Virus record (IMG/VR): IMGVR_UViG_3300046010_004673
Location: 1-59,374 of that record
Source: a virus
Taxonomy: Duplodnaviria; Caudoviricetes
DNA: 59,374 nucleotides
Reading direction: 5' to 3' (one strand)
Shown here: positions 38,004 through 45,793 of the stretch, piece after piece
Layout of the letters: each line of letters starts with the position of its first letter
Numbering within the stretch: position 1 is the first letter of the stretch
Notes under the pieces: generated by a model
Database searches by the model: none
What the model was told of the DNA's origin: nothing
The model's input: only the letters and a program-made list of their open reading frames with translations
Position numbers and translations under genes: made by a program

Positions 38004-38206
38004 TGGCAGTCCTCGCACACGTTGATTTGCTCCCATTCTTCGTCGGTCGTGCCTGTTACGATGAACTCCCGGTCTGCCGGGGACAGGTAAGGGAACACGT
38101 TCTGTATCAACTCCCCTCCCTGCCACCGTTCAATCTGCTCAGGGGTTACGTCGAGGTCGCGCTGCCGCACGATCCCACTGATCACACTCTTGCGTTCGAT
38201 GATCAT
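38000..38206 (-). CDS. Conserved hypothetical phage protein
   Basis: RKSVISG...LIQNVFPYLSPADREFIVTG.T.EEW. Confidence 0.7.
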   Translation of the reverse strand: MIIERKSVISGIVRQRDLDVTPEQIERWQGGELIQNVFPYLSPADREFIVTGTTDEEWEQINVCEDCQ

Positions 38207-38415
38207 GCTGCCTCCAAAATCTGAATGACTCTGTTCTTGCACCGGGCAACTGCAATTTCAGACAACGCCTTCGACAGGTCTTCTGCAACGGCGGTTGCCT
38301 CACTGGAACCACGCTCGTCGGATGCCGTGATGGCAAGCACGAGGGCGAGGGTCAGTGCATCTTCGGTGGTGTTAGGTTCTGGCAATTTGAGTTTGGTGAA
38401 ATCTATTTTTCTCAT
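38203..38415 (-). CDS. Hypothetical protein
   Basis: ALTLALVLAITA; coupled ORF. Confidence 0.6.
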   Translation of the reverse strand: MRKIDFTKLKLPEPNTTEDALTLALVLAITASDERGSSEATAVAEDLSKALSEIAVARCKNRVIQILEAA

Positions 38416-38428
38416 GATGCTCTCCCGT

Positions 38429-38608
38429 TTAAATGCTGATCGTTTTCTGATCGATGACCACGGTCACGCCAAGATCTTTGATGTCGAAAAAGTTTCGGGC
38501 ATCGAAGGTCTTTTGCTTCATTAAGTCCGCGAACTTCTGCGCGAGGTCGTTGACCGGGTAGAACTTGATGCTCCCGTACACGCTGCGTTGTTCCACGATG
38601 ACGTTCAT
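38429..38608 (-). CDS. Hypothetical protein (59 aa, not in ORF track)
   Basis: MNVIVEQRSVYGSIKFYPVNDLAQKFADL...; GGAGG RBS. Confidence 0.6.
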   Translation of the reverse strand: MNVIVEQRSVYGSIKFYPVNDLAQKFADLMKQKTFDARNFFDIKDLGVTVVIDQKTISI

Positions 38609-38775
38609 GACTGCACCTCCATGAGTCGCTGCTCGTTGAGTTCGTTGACGATCTCGGGCTGCTGCAGAAAGCCAGTCACCGCATCGAACAACTCGCGCCG
38701 TTGGTTGGGGTCACCAACATGCTGACTGATGAAACGCTCGATGATGTACATGGCATCCAGTTGGTTCTGATTCAT
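38605..38775 (-). CDS. Hypothetical protein
   Basis: MNQNQLDAM...; GAGGAG RBS. Confidence 0.55.
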   Translation of the reverse strand: MNQNQLDAMYIIERFISQHVGDPNQRRELFDAVTGFLQQPEIVNELNEQRLMEVQS

Positions 38776-38785
38776 GACTGTCTCC

Positions 38786-39001
38786 TCAGTATTCGGGCAG
38801 GTAATAATTGGCAGCGGCGTATGACACTGAATCGATGTATCGATTGCGATCCAGTGCATCAGCATCGATCCATTCCAAGATTGCAGCAGCATCGACTTTG
38901 TCTTGGATCTGGTACCAAGCACTTGCAATGGGCGACATGGCTGCAAAGATGGTCATGTCTTCGATGGTCATAAGGCTGTTTAAATTACGTCGCACGTTCA
39001 T
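38786..39001 (-). CDS. Hypothetical protein
   Basis: Coupled ORF. Confidence 0.5.
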   Translation of the reverse strand: MNVRRNLNSLMTIEDMTIFAAMSPIASAWYQIQDKVDAAAILEWIDADALDRNRYIDSVSYAAANYYLPEY

Positions 39002-39660
39002 GCTGCCTCCGTCTTAGTCTTGTTGAGATACGCATCCAACTCTGCATTGCTGCTCTCGATATGGCTCGACACATACCCCGCGCCTTTTGCCACGTCCTCG
39101 TATCGCGCAATGATCTTGGCGCGAGCGGCCTCATCGATGACGATGGGCGTGTGGTTGATAAGCGCAGTCAAGATGGCTCCGTAAACATTGGCGGACTCGT
39201 ACTGCATCGAGTCCTTCGCAGCCATGTCATAGCCCTCGCGCACGATCTGAACTCGTCGCTGCTCGATGCCGCCTGCCTCCTCAATCTGCCTCGCGATTCG
39301 CTCATCGCGGGTACGATTTGCAAAATCTTTCTCAGCCTGTATCTCCGCCATCTTTTTGAGTCCTGCGGCCACGGTCTTGGCGATCCACTCGTTGACGTAC
39401 TTGACCATGGAGGCACGATCAGAGAGGCTGAATTCTTTGTCGCGCTTGGTCTGCGGCGCGAGTCCAACTGTTCGCACGTTGTAGGCGTATGGCTTGTCGT
39501 TATGGTACGAGTTGGTTCTCTCCCAAATTTTGACGTAGGCCAGATCAGCCCAGATTCCGGAAATGTGAAGCCCATGCAGGGGCTGACCTTCGCTGCGAAG
39601 GCTAAGTTTGAAAGGGATCGGAGTGTCGATGTTGATCGACGGGATATTGATTTGATTCAT
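38998..39660 (-). CDS. Hypothetical early protein
   Basis: AGGAG RBS downstream of a sigma70 promoter. Confidence 0.65.
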   Translation of the reverse strand: MNQINIPSINIDTPIPFKLSLRSEGQPLHGLHISGIWADLAYVKIWERTNSYHNDKPYAYNVRTVGLAPQTKRDKEFSLSDRASMVKYVNEWIAKTVAAGLKKMAEIQAEKDFANRTRDERIARQIEEAGGIEQRRVQIVREGYDMAAKDSMQYESANVYGAILTALINHTPIVIDEAARAKIIARYEDVAKGAGYVSSHIESSNAELDAYLNKTKTEAA

Positions 39661-39687
39661 GATTGTTCTCCTGCTTCGATGTTGTGA

Positions 39688-39717
39688 ATTATAGTTGATA
39701 ACGTGTTAGCAAGTCAA
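39688..39717 (-). promoter_or_regulatory. Early sigma70 promoter
   Basis: TTGACT-18 nt-TATAAT on the minus strand. Confidence 0.7.
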
Positions 39718-39736
39718 CAGCCCGGAGAGGGGCGGC

Positions 39737-40528
39737 TCATGCCGCCGCCTCATTCCAGAGTTCCTGCACCTTCGCGATGGCTTGATCACGATCCCCGTAG
39801 GTCACGCGATCCGTGCCAATGGCGCGGAGGTTTAGGTCGCTCGCCTTGAGCGCATCGTCGTAGTGAGCGCAGCGGCCATAGCCGCTCAAAAATTGCGGGT
39901 ACAGCCACTCGACCACACGAAAGGCACAGCGGCGTAGCATCGATGGATGCGCGAGCGCAAAAGCCACTCGATCCATGTCGATGGGTTCCTCGGGACGTTT
40001 AACCGTGACCGACATCAGAATCCGGTCGTTGCCGCGACCCTCGATATGGCAGAACGCGACCAGTTCCACGCGCTGCCCCTCGCTCTGGATTTTGTCGATC
40101 AAAGCGACGACCGCAGCGCCGCGATTGATGATGTCCTGCGGGTCAACCCATCCGCTGCAGACGATGTTGACCGCGACTCGCACGATAGGTTTGGAGTTCG
40201 CAGCGCCGTCCTCAAGGGGAACGAACATGTCTTCGGGAACCCCCGCAGCGTAAGCAGGGATGCACGGGAACGCGCCCACTGGAGCGGACTCCCATGTTGG
40301 CCCTGCTTCGAAGGTCACCTTGACCGCAGCGGACTCGACCTGCTCAGTGGTGATGCGATCACCCTGCTCGGCCAGTTCGAGGCATTTTTCCCACGATGTC
40401 GAGCGGGTGAATTCGAAGCCGCCTTTGATGGATGACTGCTTGCCGTGCCATGCGGGTTGCACCGCACGGTCGCGCAAGTCACGCAGGAACTCATCCCATG
40501 AGTCCGCCGTGTAAACGTATTCGGTCAT
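39737..40528 (-). CDS. VWA-like partner of the AAA+ ATPase
   Basis: GAFPCIPAY.AG.PEDM; RGAAVVALID; VTVKRPEEP.D; HPSMLRR; degenerate MIDAS; coupled to the AAA gene. Confidence 0.55.
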   Translation of the reverse strand: MTEYVYTADSWDEFLRDLRDRAVQPAWHGKQSSIKGGFEFTRSTSWEKCLELAEQGDRITTEQVESAAVKVTFEAGPTWESAPVGAFPCIPAYAAGVPEDMFVPLEDGAANSKPIVRVAVNIVCSGWVDPQDIINRGAAVVALIDKIQSEGQRVELVAFCHIEGRGNDRILMSVTVKRPEEPIDMDRVAFALAHPSMLRRCAFRVVEWLYPQFLSGYGRCAHYDDALKASDLNLRAIGTDRVTYGDRDQAIAKVQELWNEAAA

Positions 40529-41538
40529 GATGCTGCCCTCCATTGATTTTCCTGCATGGTCGCCTTGACTTTGACGATGTCCGCCTCAGTCATCGACTTC
40601 CAGATGAGCGACTGCTCGACCTCTTCGCGAGAGAGTCCGGCACTCAGCAACTTGCCGCCCTTGATCGATGCGCGGGGACTGATGACATGCCGCAACTTGT
40701 GAGCGCGGACCGCCTTGCGAACCGCCTGCACATAGCGCGTCCACTCGTCGTTGCTGCTGATCGCGAGTTCCAACTTCTCGTCATAGTCCATGGTGATGAA
40801 CATGAATCGGTCGAGGAACGCATCGTCAAGTTTGACGCGACCGACATACTGCGCGTCAGCACCGTTCCCGAAGGTATTCGCAGCGGCGATGCAGACAAAG
40901 TCGGGGTGCTTTTTGACCGTGCCGTTGGGGAACGCTGCAACGTCATTGGAGAGAATGGCGTTGAAGGCGAGCAGTGCTTGAGTGGATGAGGCATCGACCT
41001 CGTCGAAGAGGAACACGCCGCCGCCCACATAAGCGCGGTACAGGTCAGTCTCCATGTACTTGCCTTCGGGGTTGATGAACCCCTGCAGTTGGTAGGCCAT
41101 GCCAACCGCGCCGGTCGAGTAGAACGGCAACCCAAGTGCCTCAGCGGCTTGAGTCGCGATGGTGGTTTTGCCGGAACCGGCAGGGCCAACCAGATACACG
41201 TTCTCGCGAACGGCCAGCGTAGTTAGAACCTTGGCGAACACCGGGTGACGGTGAGCAGTGGGCAGGACTTTGATTTCAGCACCCTGCTTGATTTCGATGC
41301 GAATCGGGCGATGCACTTCGACCGCAGCCACCGCAGCCTTGATGGCATCCTGCCGAATGCCCTCGATGGTCGCGGCGTCGAGTGAAGCGGCAGCGACCGG
41401 AGCGGGATCGACCCCGTTCCAGATCGCGAGCAGCACGTCATCCGGGCTGTTGGGCGACTTGCCCTGTCGCACCGCATGCATTTTGAGGTATGCGCGGTCA
41501 CTGTCGGACAGCGGCAGGGAGAATGAACGCTTTTCCAT
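40525..41538 (-). CDS. MoxR/CobS-like AAA+ ATPase
   Basis: GPAGSGKT; FLFDEVD; AANT; LDDAFLDRF; SPR. Confidence 0.85.
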   Translation of the reverse strand: MEKRSFSLPLSDSDRAYLKMHAVRQGKSPNSPDDVLLAIWNGVDPAPVAAASLDAATIEGIRQDAIKAAVAAVEVHRPIRIEIKQGAEIKVLPTAHRHPVFAKVLTTLAVRENVYLVGPAGSGKTTIATQAAEALGLPFYSTGAVGMAYQLQGFINPEGKYMETDLYRAYVGGGVFLFDEVDASSTQALLAFNAILSNDVAAFPNGTVKKHPDFVCIAAANTFGNGADAQYVGRVKLDDAFLDRFMFITMDYDEKLELAISSNDEWTRYVQAVRKAVRAHKLRHVISPRASIKGGKLLSAGLSREEVEQSLIWKSMTEADIVKVKATMQENQWRAAS

Positions 41539-41540
41539 GA

Positions 41541-42152
41541 TCAAGCCTCCAATTTGAGTGAGCCAACCGCAATGCAAACCGGGCAGGTCGATGCGGCGTG
41601 CAAACGATTGCCCTGCAGGGCTGAAACGCGAGCGGTCCAACCGCAGTCGCTGCATTGCAACTTCAGCAGGCGAGTGCCTTGTTTTTTGCGGGCGTTGGGA
41701 TCGACTTTGGCATGGGGGTACACGCCGAGGTCATGCACGATGCGTTGCAGGGTGCCGCGCAACTCGTCACCGGGAACCGTCGCAGTCATAGCGCCGACAA
41801 GGCCAATTGCACGGGCGACGGTGGCGAAGCGGCCACGGTGACCGCACTGAATGCCCGCCTCGACGTGGATCAACTCATGCGCGAGAACCGCGATGACATC
41901 GACCGGGTTGTCGAGGATCGGGTTGATGAACACCTCCATCGTGCCGTCCGCACTGATCGAGGGATCGAACGCCTGCCCAAGCGTCACCTTGCCGGTGCGC
42001 GAGCCGCGATACCCAATCGGGAACCCGCATGACACGCGGTACTTGTGACGCTCCCACGAAGCGGCATCGATACCGGCGACCGGGAAAACCTCATGCTGCA
42101 GCATCACTGCCGCAGCGGCGAGCCATGACTCGCGTTCGCTGAACTTCTGCAT
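41541..42152 (-). CDS. SprT-like zincin metalloprotease with Zn ribbon
   Basis: VLAHELIH...GHRGRF; CSDC...CPVC. Confidence 0.75.
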   Translation of the reverse strand: MQKFSERESWLAAAAVMLQHEVFPVAGIDAASWERHKYRVSCGFPIGYRGSRTGKVTLGQAFDPSISADGTMEVFINPILDNPVDVIAVLAHELIHVEAGIQCGHRGRFATVARAIGLVGAMTATVPGDELRGTLQRIVHDLGVYPHAKVDPNARKKQGTRLLKLQCSDCGWTARVSALQGNRLHAASTCPVCIAVGSLKLEA

Positions 42153-42184
42153 GTTGGAACCTCTTCGGTGTTGGTATGTTGCGA

Positions 42185-42214
42185 AGTGTAATCGACAACC
42201 TGTTAGGCTGTCAA
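42185..42214 (-). promoter_or_regulatory. Early sigma70 promoter
   Basis: TTGACA-18 nt-TACACT. Confidence 0.6.
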
Positions 42215-42274
42215 CGTGTAAACGGTCTCGTCAGTACCCGCATCACGGGCAGACCGGCTCACGCCGGTTTCGAC

Positions 42275-42547
42275 CTAGTTGATGTACTGAAAAACGAACG
42301 CATACCCGCTGCCGCCGGGATTGCTGTCGTAGCCGAGCAGCCGCAAAAGTCCCTTTTGGTTGTTGCGGTCGAGCAGTTCCCATGCGGCCTCCAAGTGCCG
42401 CTCCATCGAACCCAAGGCGTGGTTCGCGGGAACCGTTGCCTTCTTGCGGGTAAAGTTCGCAACCGATGCACCGATTCGCGAGCCGAGAACATTCGAGGGT
42501 GCAATGAACTTGGTGTAGATGATGACCAAATTGCTGTCGTGTTCCAT
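42275..42547 (-). CDS. Hypothetical early protein
   Basis: IYTKFIAPSN..GSRI.A...GYAFVF; GGAG RBS. Confidence 0.65.
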   Translation of the reverse strand: MEHDSNLVIIYTKFIAPSNVLGSRIGASVANFTRKKATVPANHALGSMERHLEAAWELLDRNNQKGLLRLLGYDSNPGGSGYAFVFQYIN

Positions 42548-42565
42548 TGTGTTTCTCCATCAGTT

Positions 42566-42840
42566 GGTGACTCAGTGCAACGCACCGCAGTGCGCTCCAC
42601 TCAATCATCAAGCATCGAACCCGTCACTTCGCATCGAGCGCCTCGTGGCGGGGCGGTGTATCGCGTGACGGGAGGGCCGTGCGTCCGGCATCACAGCCGG
42701 AAGGTGTCGGGACTCGCAAGCCGTGTCAGCGGCTCCACCTTTCGCGATCCTTTCGGGCCGGGGAGTTTTCACTCACTTGCGGTTGCCGTGGATCACTTCC
42801 ACCGGGGCGGTGCTTTTCGCTGTTCTCGCCGCCGGTGAAG
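42566..42840 (-). ncRNA. Candidate structured ncRNA or long 5' leader
   Basis: Several stems closed by GAAA and cUGCGg tetraloops in minus-strand sense, downstream of a promoter. Confidence 0.55.
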
Positions 42841-42843
42841 CGA

Positions 42844-42872
42844 ACTATCCGGATTTCATGGTCACATGTCAA
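42844..42872 (-). promoter_or_regulatory. Early sigma70 promoter
   Basis: TTGACA-17 nt-GATAGT. Confidence 0.55.
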
Positions 42873-43056
42873 CGTCTAAACAGCACCAAAATGGCACATG
42901 TTGCCTAAGTGATTGATTATCGGTCGAATTTAGTTTGAAAAAAATTGCGTTTACACGCTCCAAGGGGTAGGTTTCGGGGGTGGTTTTGGAGCAATTTCAA
43001 TCGCCACACAGTCAAAGATTATCAAAGTCACGGGAAAACAAGGGTTAAACGCGCAC

Positions 43057-43593
43057 ATGGCAGGTATCACTGACGAGTACGGGCTGACCGAAAAGCAGCG
43101 GAAATTCGCGGAAAACGTGGTTTCGGGTATGTCGATTGCGGATTCCTACAGGTATTCGTATGACGCGGGCGCAATGCAGCCTGCGACCGTGCAGCGTAGG
43201 GCGGCTGAATTGATGGTGAACGGCAAGGTCAAGGCATGCATGGAGGCGCTGGCAGCGGTTAGGAGGCGGCAGAGTGAGGCAACCACGGTCTCTGATCGGG
43301 ACATGCTGGTCACTCTGCTACGCAAGTGGAGTAAAGGGGACGAGTCTGCTACCAGTTCCCAACTGCGGGCCGCTGAACTGCTAGGCAAGGCATGCGGCCT
43401 CTACCGTGATGTCGTCGAGGATCACCGGGAACGCCCCGCCTCATTAGTAGCGGCAGAGTTGGAGGCGCGGCTTGCATCACTGCTGCAGCCTGTGCCGGTT
43501 GCTGCCCATTTAAACGTCGCTGATGCAGTGGAACAGGTTCCAGCAGAGCAGGTTCCCGTCGAGAATCACGGTCAATCTAGCCTAAGTCATTGA
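43057..43593 (+). CDS. terS: Terminase small subunit
   Basis: LTEKQRKFAENVVSG....DSYR.SY...AAELM.N.KV; AAELLGK..GLY. Confidence 0.8.
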   Translation: MAGITDEYGLTEKQRKFAENVVSGMSIADSYRYSYDAGAMQPATVQRRAAELMVNGKVKACMEALAAVRRRQSEATTVSDRDMLVTLLRKWSKGDESATSSQLRAAELLGKACGLYRDVVEDHRERPASLVAAELEARLASLLQPVPVAAHLNVADAVEQVPAEQVPVENHGQSSLSH

Positions 43594-43821
43594 ATTTAAA
43601 CGGGGTCTAGGGGTTAATTCCGGGCCGATTCTGGCCGAAAAAGTCGATGCCAGCCCCCCTTTTTGCGTAACGGTACCGCGTGATCCGTATACATGCGATT
43701 CCGCTCAAACGATCCCCTACTTTTCCCACTACTGTTGCGCCAAAACAACACGCACTGTTGTTAGGTTCCCGTTGTTCCCATGGGATTTTTTTAGAATTTG
43801 GTGCAGGAGTCTCTTGCCCAA

Positions 43822-43841
43822 AAATTTTTTGCAAAAAATTT
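43822..43841. repeat. Perfect 20-bp palindrome AAATTTTTTGCAAAAAATTT between terS and terL
   Basis: Read directly from the sequence. Confidence 0.85.
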
Positions 43842-43853
43842 AGCGTTTTTCTC

Positions 43854-43882
43854 TTGCTCTTCCCGATTAAATATGATAAAAT
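43854..43882 (+). promoter_or_regulatory. Possible promoter for the terL/morphogenesis operon
   Basis: TTGCTC-17 nt-TAAAAT with an extended -10 TG. Confidence 0.5.
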
Positions 43883-44053
43883 CGGATTATTCTTTAGGTA
43901 AGTTTAAATGATTAGGTAAGAGTATATCGGTACTTGGGGTGTGTTCGCCACACTCCAAAGGGTGTGGCTCCCGATATACGATGGGTGGGTTCAAGAGATC
44001 TAGAATATGATGAAACGGGGGCTATTGTCCCTGCATTTTGAGGATCATTCATC

Positions 44054-45553
44054 TTGAACATCACTCCCGAAATACTGAATAGAGTCAAACAGTTACCGTT
44101 TGATCAGCAAAAAGAGATCTTGAGGCTTCTTGAGGAGTACGAAGGAGCCAAATCCAAGGAAGAGTGTCGGGATAAGTTCATTCCGTTTGTGCAGAAGATG
44201 TGGCCGGGGTTCATTTCTGGTCGTCATCACAAGATCATGGGGGAGAAGTTTGAGGAAATCGCTTCAGGGAAACTGAAGCGGTTGATCATTTGCATGCCGC
44301 CTCGGCACACCAAGTCAGAATTCGGTTCTTATCTGTTCCCGGCGTGGTTTTTGGGTAGGTTCCCGCAGAAAAAGGTGATTCAGACCTCCCACACCGCAGA
44401 ACTTGCGGTGAACTTCGGTCGAAAAGTGCGTAACTTGGTGGATTCTGATGACTACCACGCTGTTTTTCCGGATGTTGGACTGAGAGCAGACAGCAAAGCG
44501 GCGGGTCGCTGGAGTACTTCCAAAGGAGGGGAGTATTTCGCCATCGGTATCGGTGGTGCGGTGACCGGAAAGGGTGCAGATCTGCTCATTATTGACGATC
44601 CCCATGATGAACAAGAGGGTCAGTCCGCTGATCCCACCGTGTTTGACCATGCTTATGAGTGGTACACCTCCGGTCCTCGCCAGCGTTTGCAGCCGGGAGG
44701 CGCGATTGTGGTGATCTGTACCCGTTGGTCGAAAAGAGACCTCGTTGGACAAGTACTAAAAGCGGCTTCCTTGAGAGAAGGCGTGGATGAATGGGAGGTC
44801 ATCGAGTTCCCAGCCATACTTCCGTCTGGGAACCCGCTTTGGCCGGAATTCTGGCCGCTTGCAGAACTCGAAGCCATCCGCAACGAAATCCCCATTCACA
44901 AATGGCAGGCCCAGTACCAACAAGATCCGACCAGTGAAGAAGGCGCACTGATTAAACGCGAGTGGTGGCAGATCTGGGAAGAACGAAACCCACCACAGTG
45001 TCAGTTTTTGATCCAGTCATGGGACACCGCGTTCCTGAAAAAGGAACGTAGTGACTACTCCGCTTGCACCACTTGGGGGGTGTTCTATCACCCAGACCAA
45101 AATGGAGCCATGCAACCAAATCTTATTCTCATGGATGCCATGAAAGAGAAGATGGAGTTCCCCACCCTGAAGAAACGGGCATGGGAGTTGTACCAATACT
45201 GGAAACCCGAGAGTTTGATCGTCGAAGCCAAGGCTGCGGGAACCCCTCTCATCTTCGAGTTAAGAGCGATGGGCATCCCGGTTGCCGAATACACCCCTTC
45301 CCGTGGGAACGACAAGATCGCCCGTGTAAACGCGGTGTCGGATCTCTTTTCGAGCGGCAGGATCTGGCGACCCCAGACCCGATTTGCTGAAGAAGTGGTG
45401 GAAGAATTTGCATCATTCCCCGCTGGGGAGCATGATGATTATGTAGACTCAGGCACTCAGGCTCTCCTGAGATATCGTCGTGGCGGTTTCCTACCTTTGG
45501 ACACCGACCTCAAAGACGAACGGATGTACAGACGTAAAGTGGAGTATTACTGA
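44054..45553 (+). CDS. terL: Terminase large subunit
   Basis: MPPRHTKS; GKGADLLIIDDP; QSWDTAF; DYSA; HDDYVD. Confidence 0.95.
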   Translation: MNITPEILNRVKQLPFDQQKEILRLLEEYEGAKSKEECRDKFIPFVQKMWPGFISGRHHKIMGEKFEEIASGKLKRLIICMPPRHTKSEFGSYLFPAWFLGRFPQKKVIQTSHTAELAVNFGRKVRNLVDSDDYHAVFPDVGLRADSKAAGRWSTSKGGEYFAIGIGGAVTGKGADLLIIDDPHDEQEGQSADPTVFDHAYEWYTSGPRQRLQPGGAIVVICTRWSKRDLVGQVLKAASLREGVDEWEVIEFPAILPSGNPLWPEFWPLAELEAIRNEIPIHKWQAQYQQDPTSEEGALIKREWWQIWEERNPPQCQFLIQSWDTAFLKKERSDYSACTTWGVFYHPDQNGAMQPNLILMDAMKEKMEFPTLKKRAWELYQYWKPESLIVEAKAAGTPLIFELRAMGIPVAEYTPSRGNDKIARVNAVSDLFSSGRIWRPQTRFAEEVVEEFASFPAGEHDDYVDSGTQALLRYRRGGFLPLDTDLKDERMYRRKVEYY

Positions 45554-45554
45554 A

Positions 45555-45782
45555 ATGAAAGGTCGTACTGCAAAGACCGAGATGATGGAAGCCCCGAAGT
45601 CTCGGAAACAGCCCAAAGACAAACTCAAGGGCAAGATGAAAGACATGGGTAAACCCGTGATGGTTGCCGGTGCCAAGCGTCCAAAAGCGATGTATGGCGT
45701 TGGCGGTCAGGTCATGGGAACCAAGGGCGTTGCCCGTGGGATGGGTGCTGCCGTTAAAGGCGGTAAGTTCACCGATCTCTAA
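45555..45782 (+). CDS. Small basic K/G-rich protein
   Basis: MKGRTAK...YGVGGQV...ARGMGAAVKG. Confidence 0.6.
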   Translation: MKGRTAKTEMMEAPKSRKQPKDKLKGKMKDMGKPVMVAGAKRPKAMYGVGGQVMGTKGVARGMGAAVKGGKFTDL

Positions 45783-45793
45783 GGAGATTCGCT

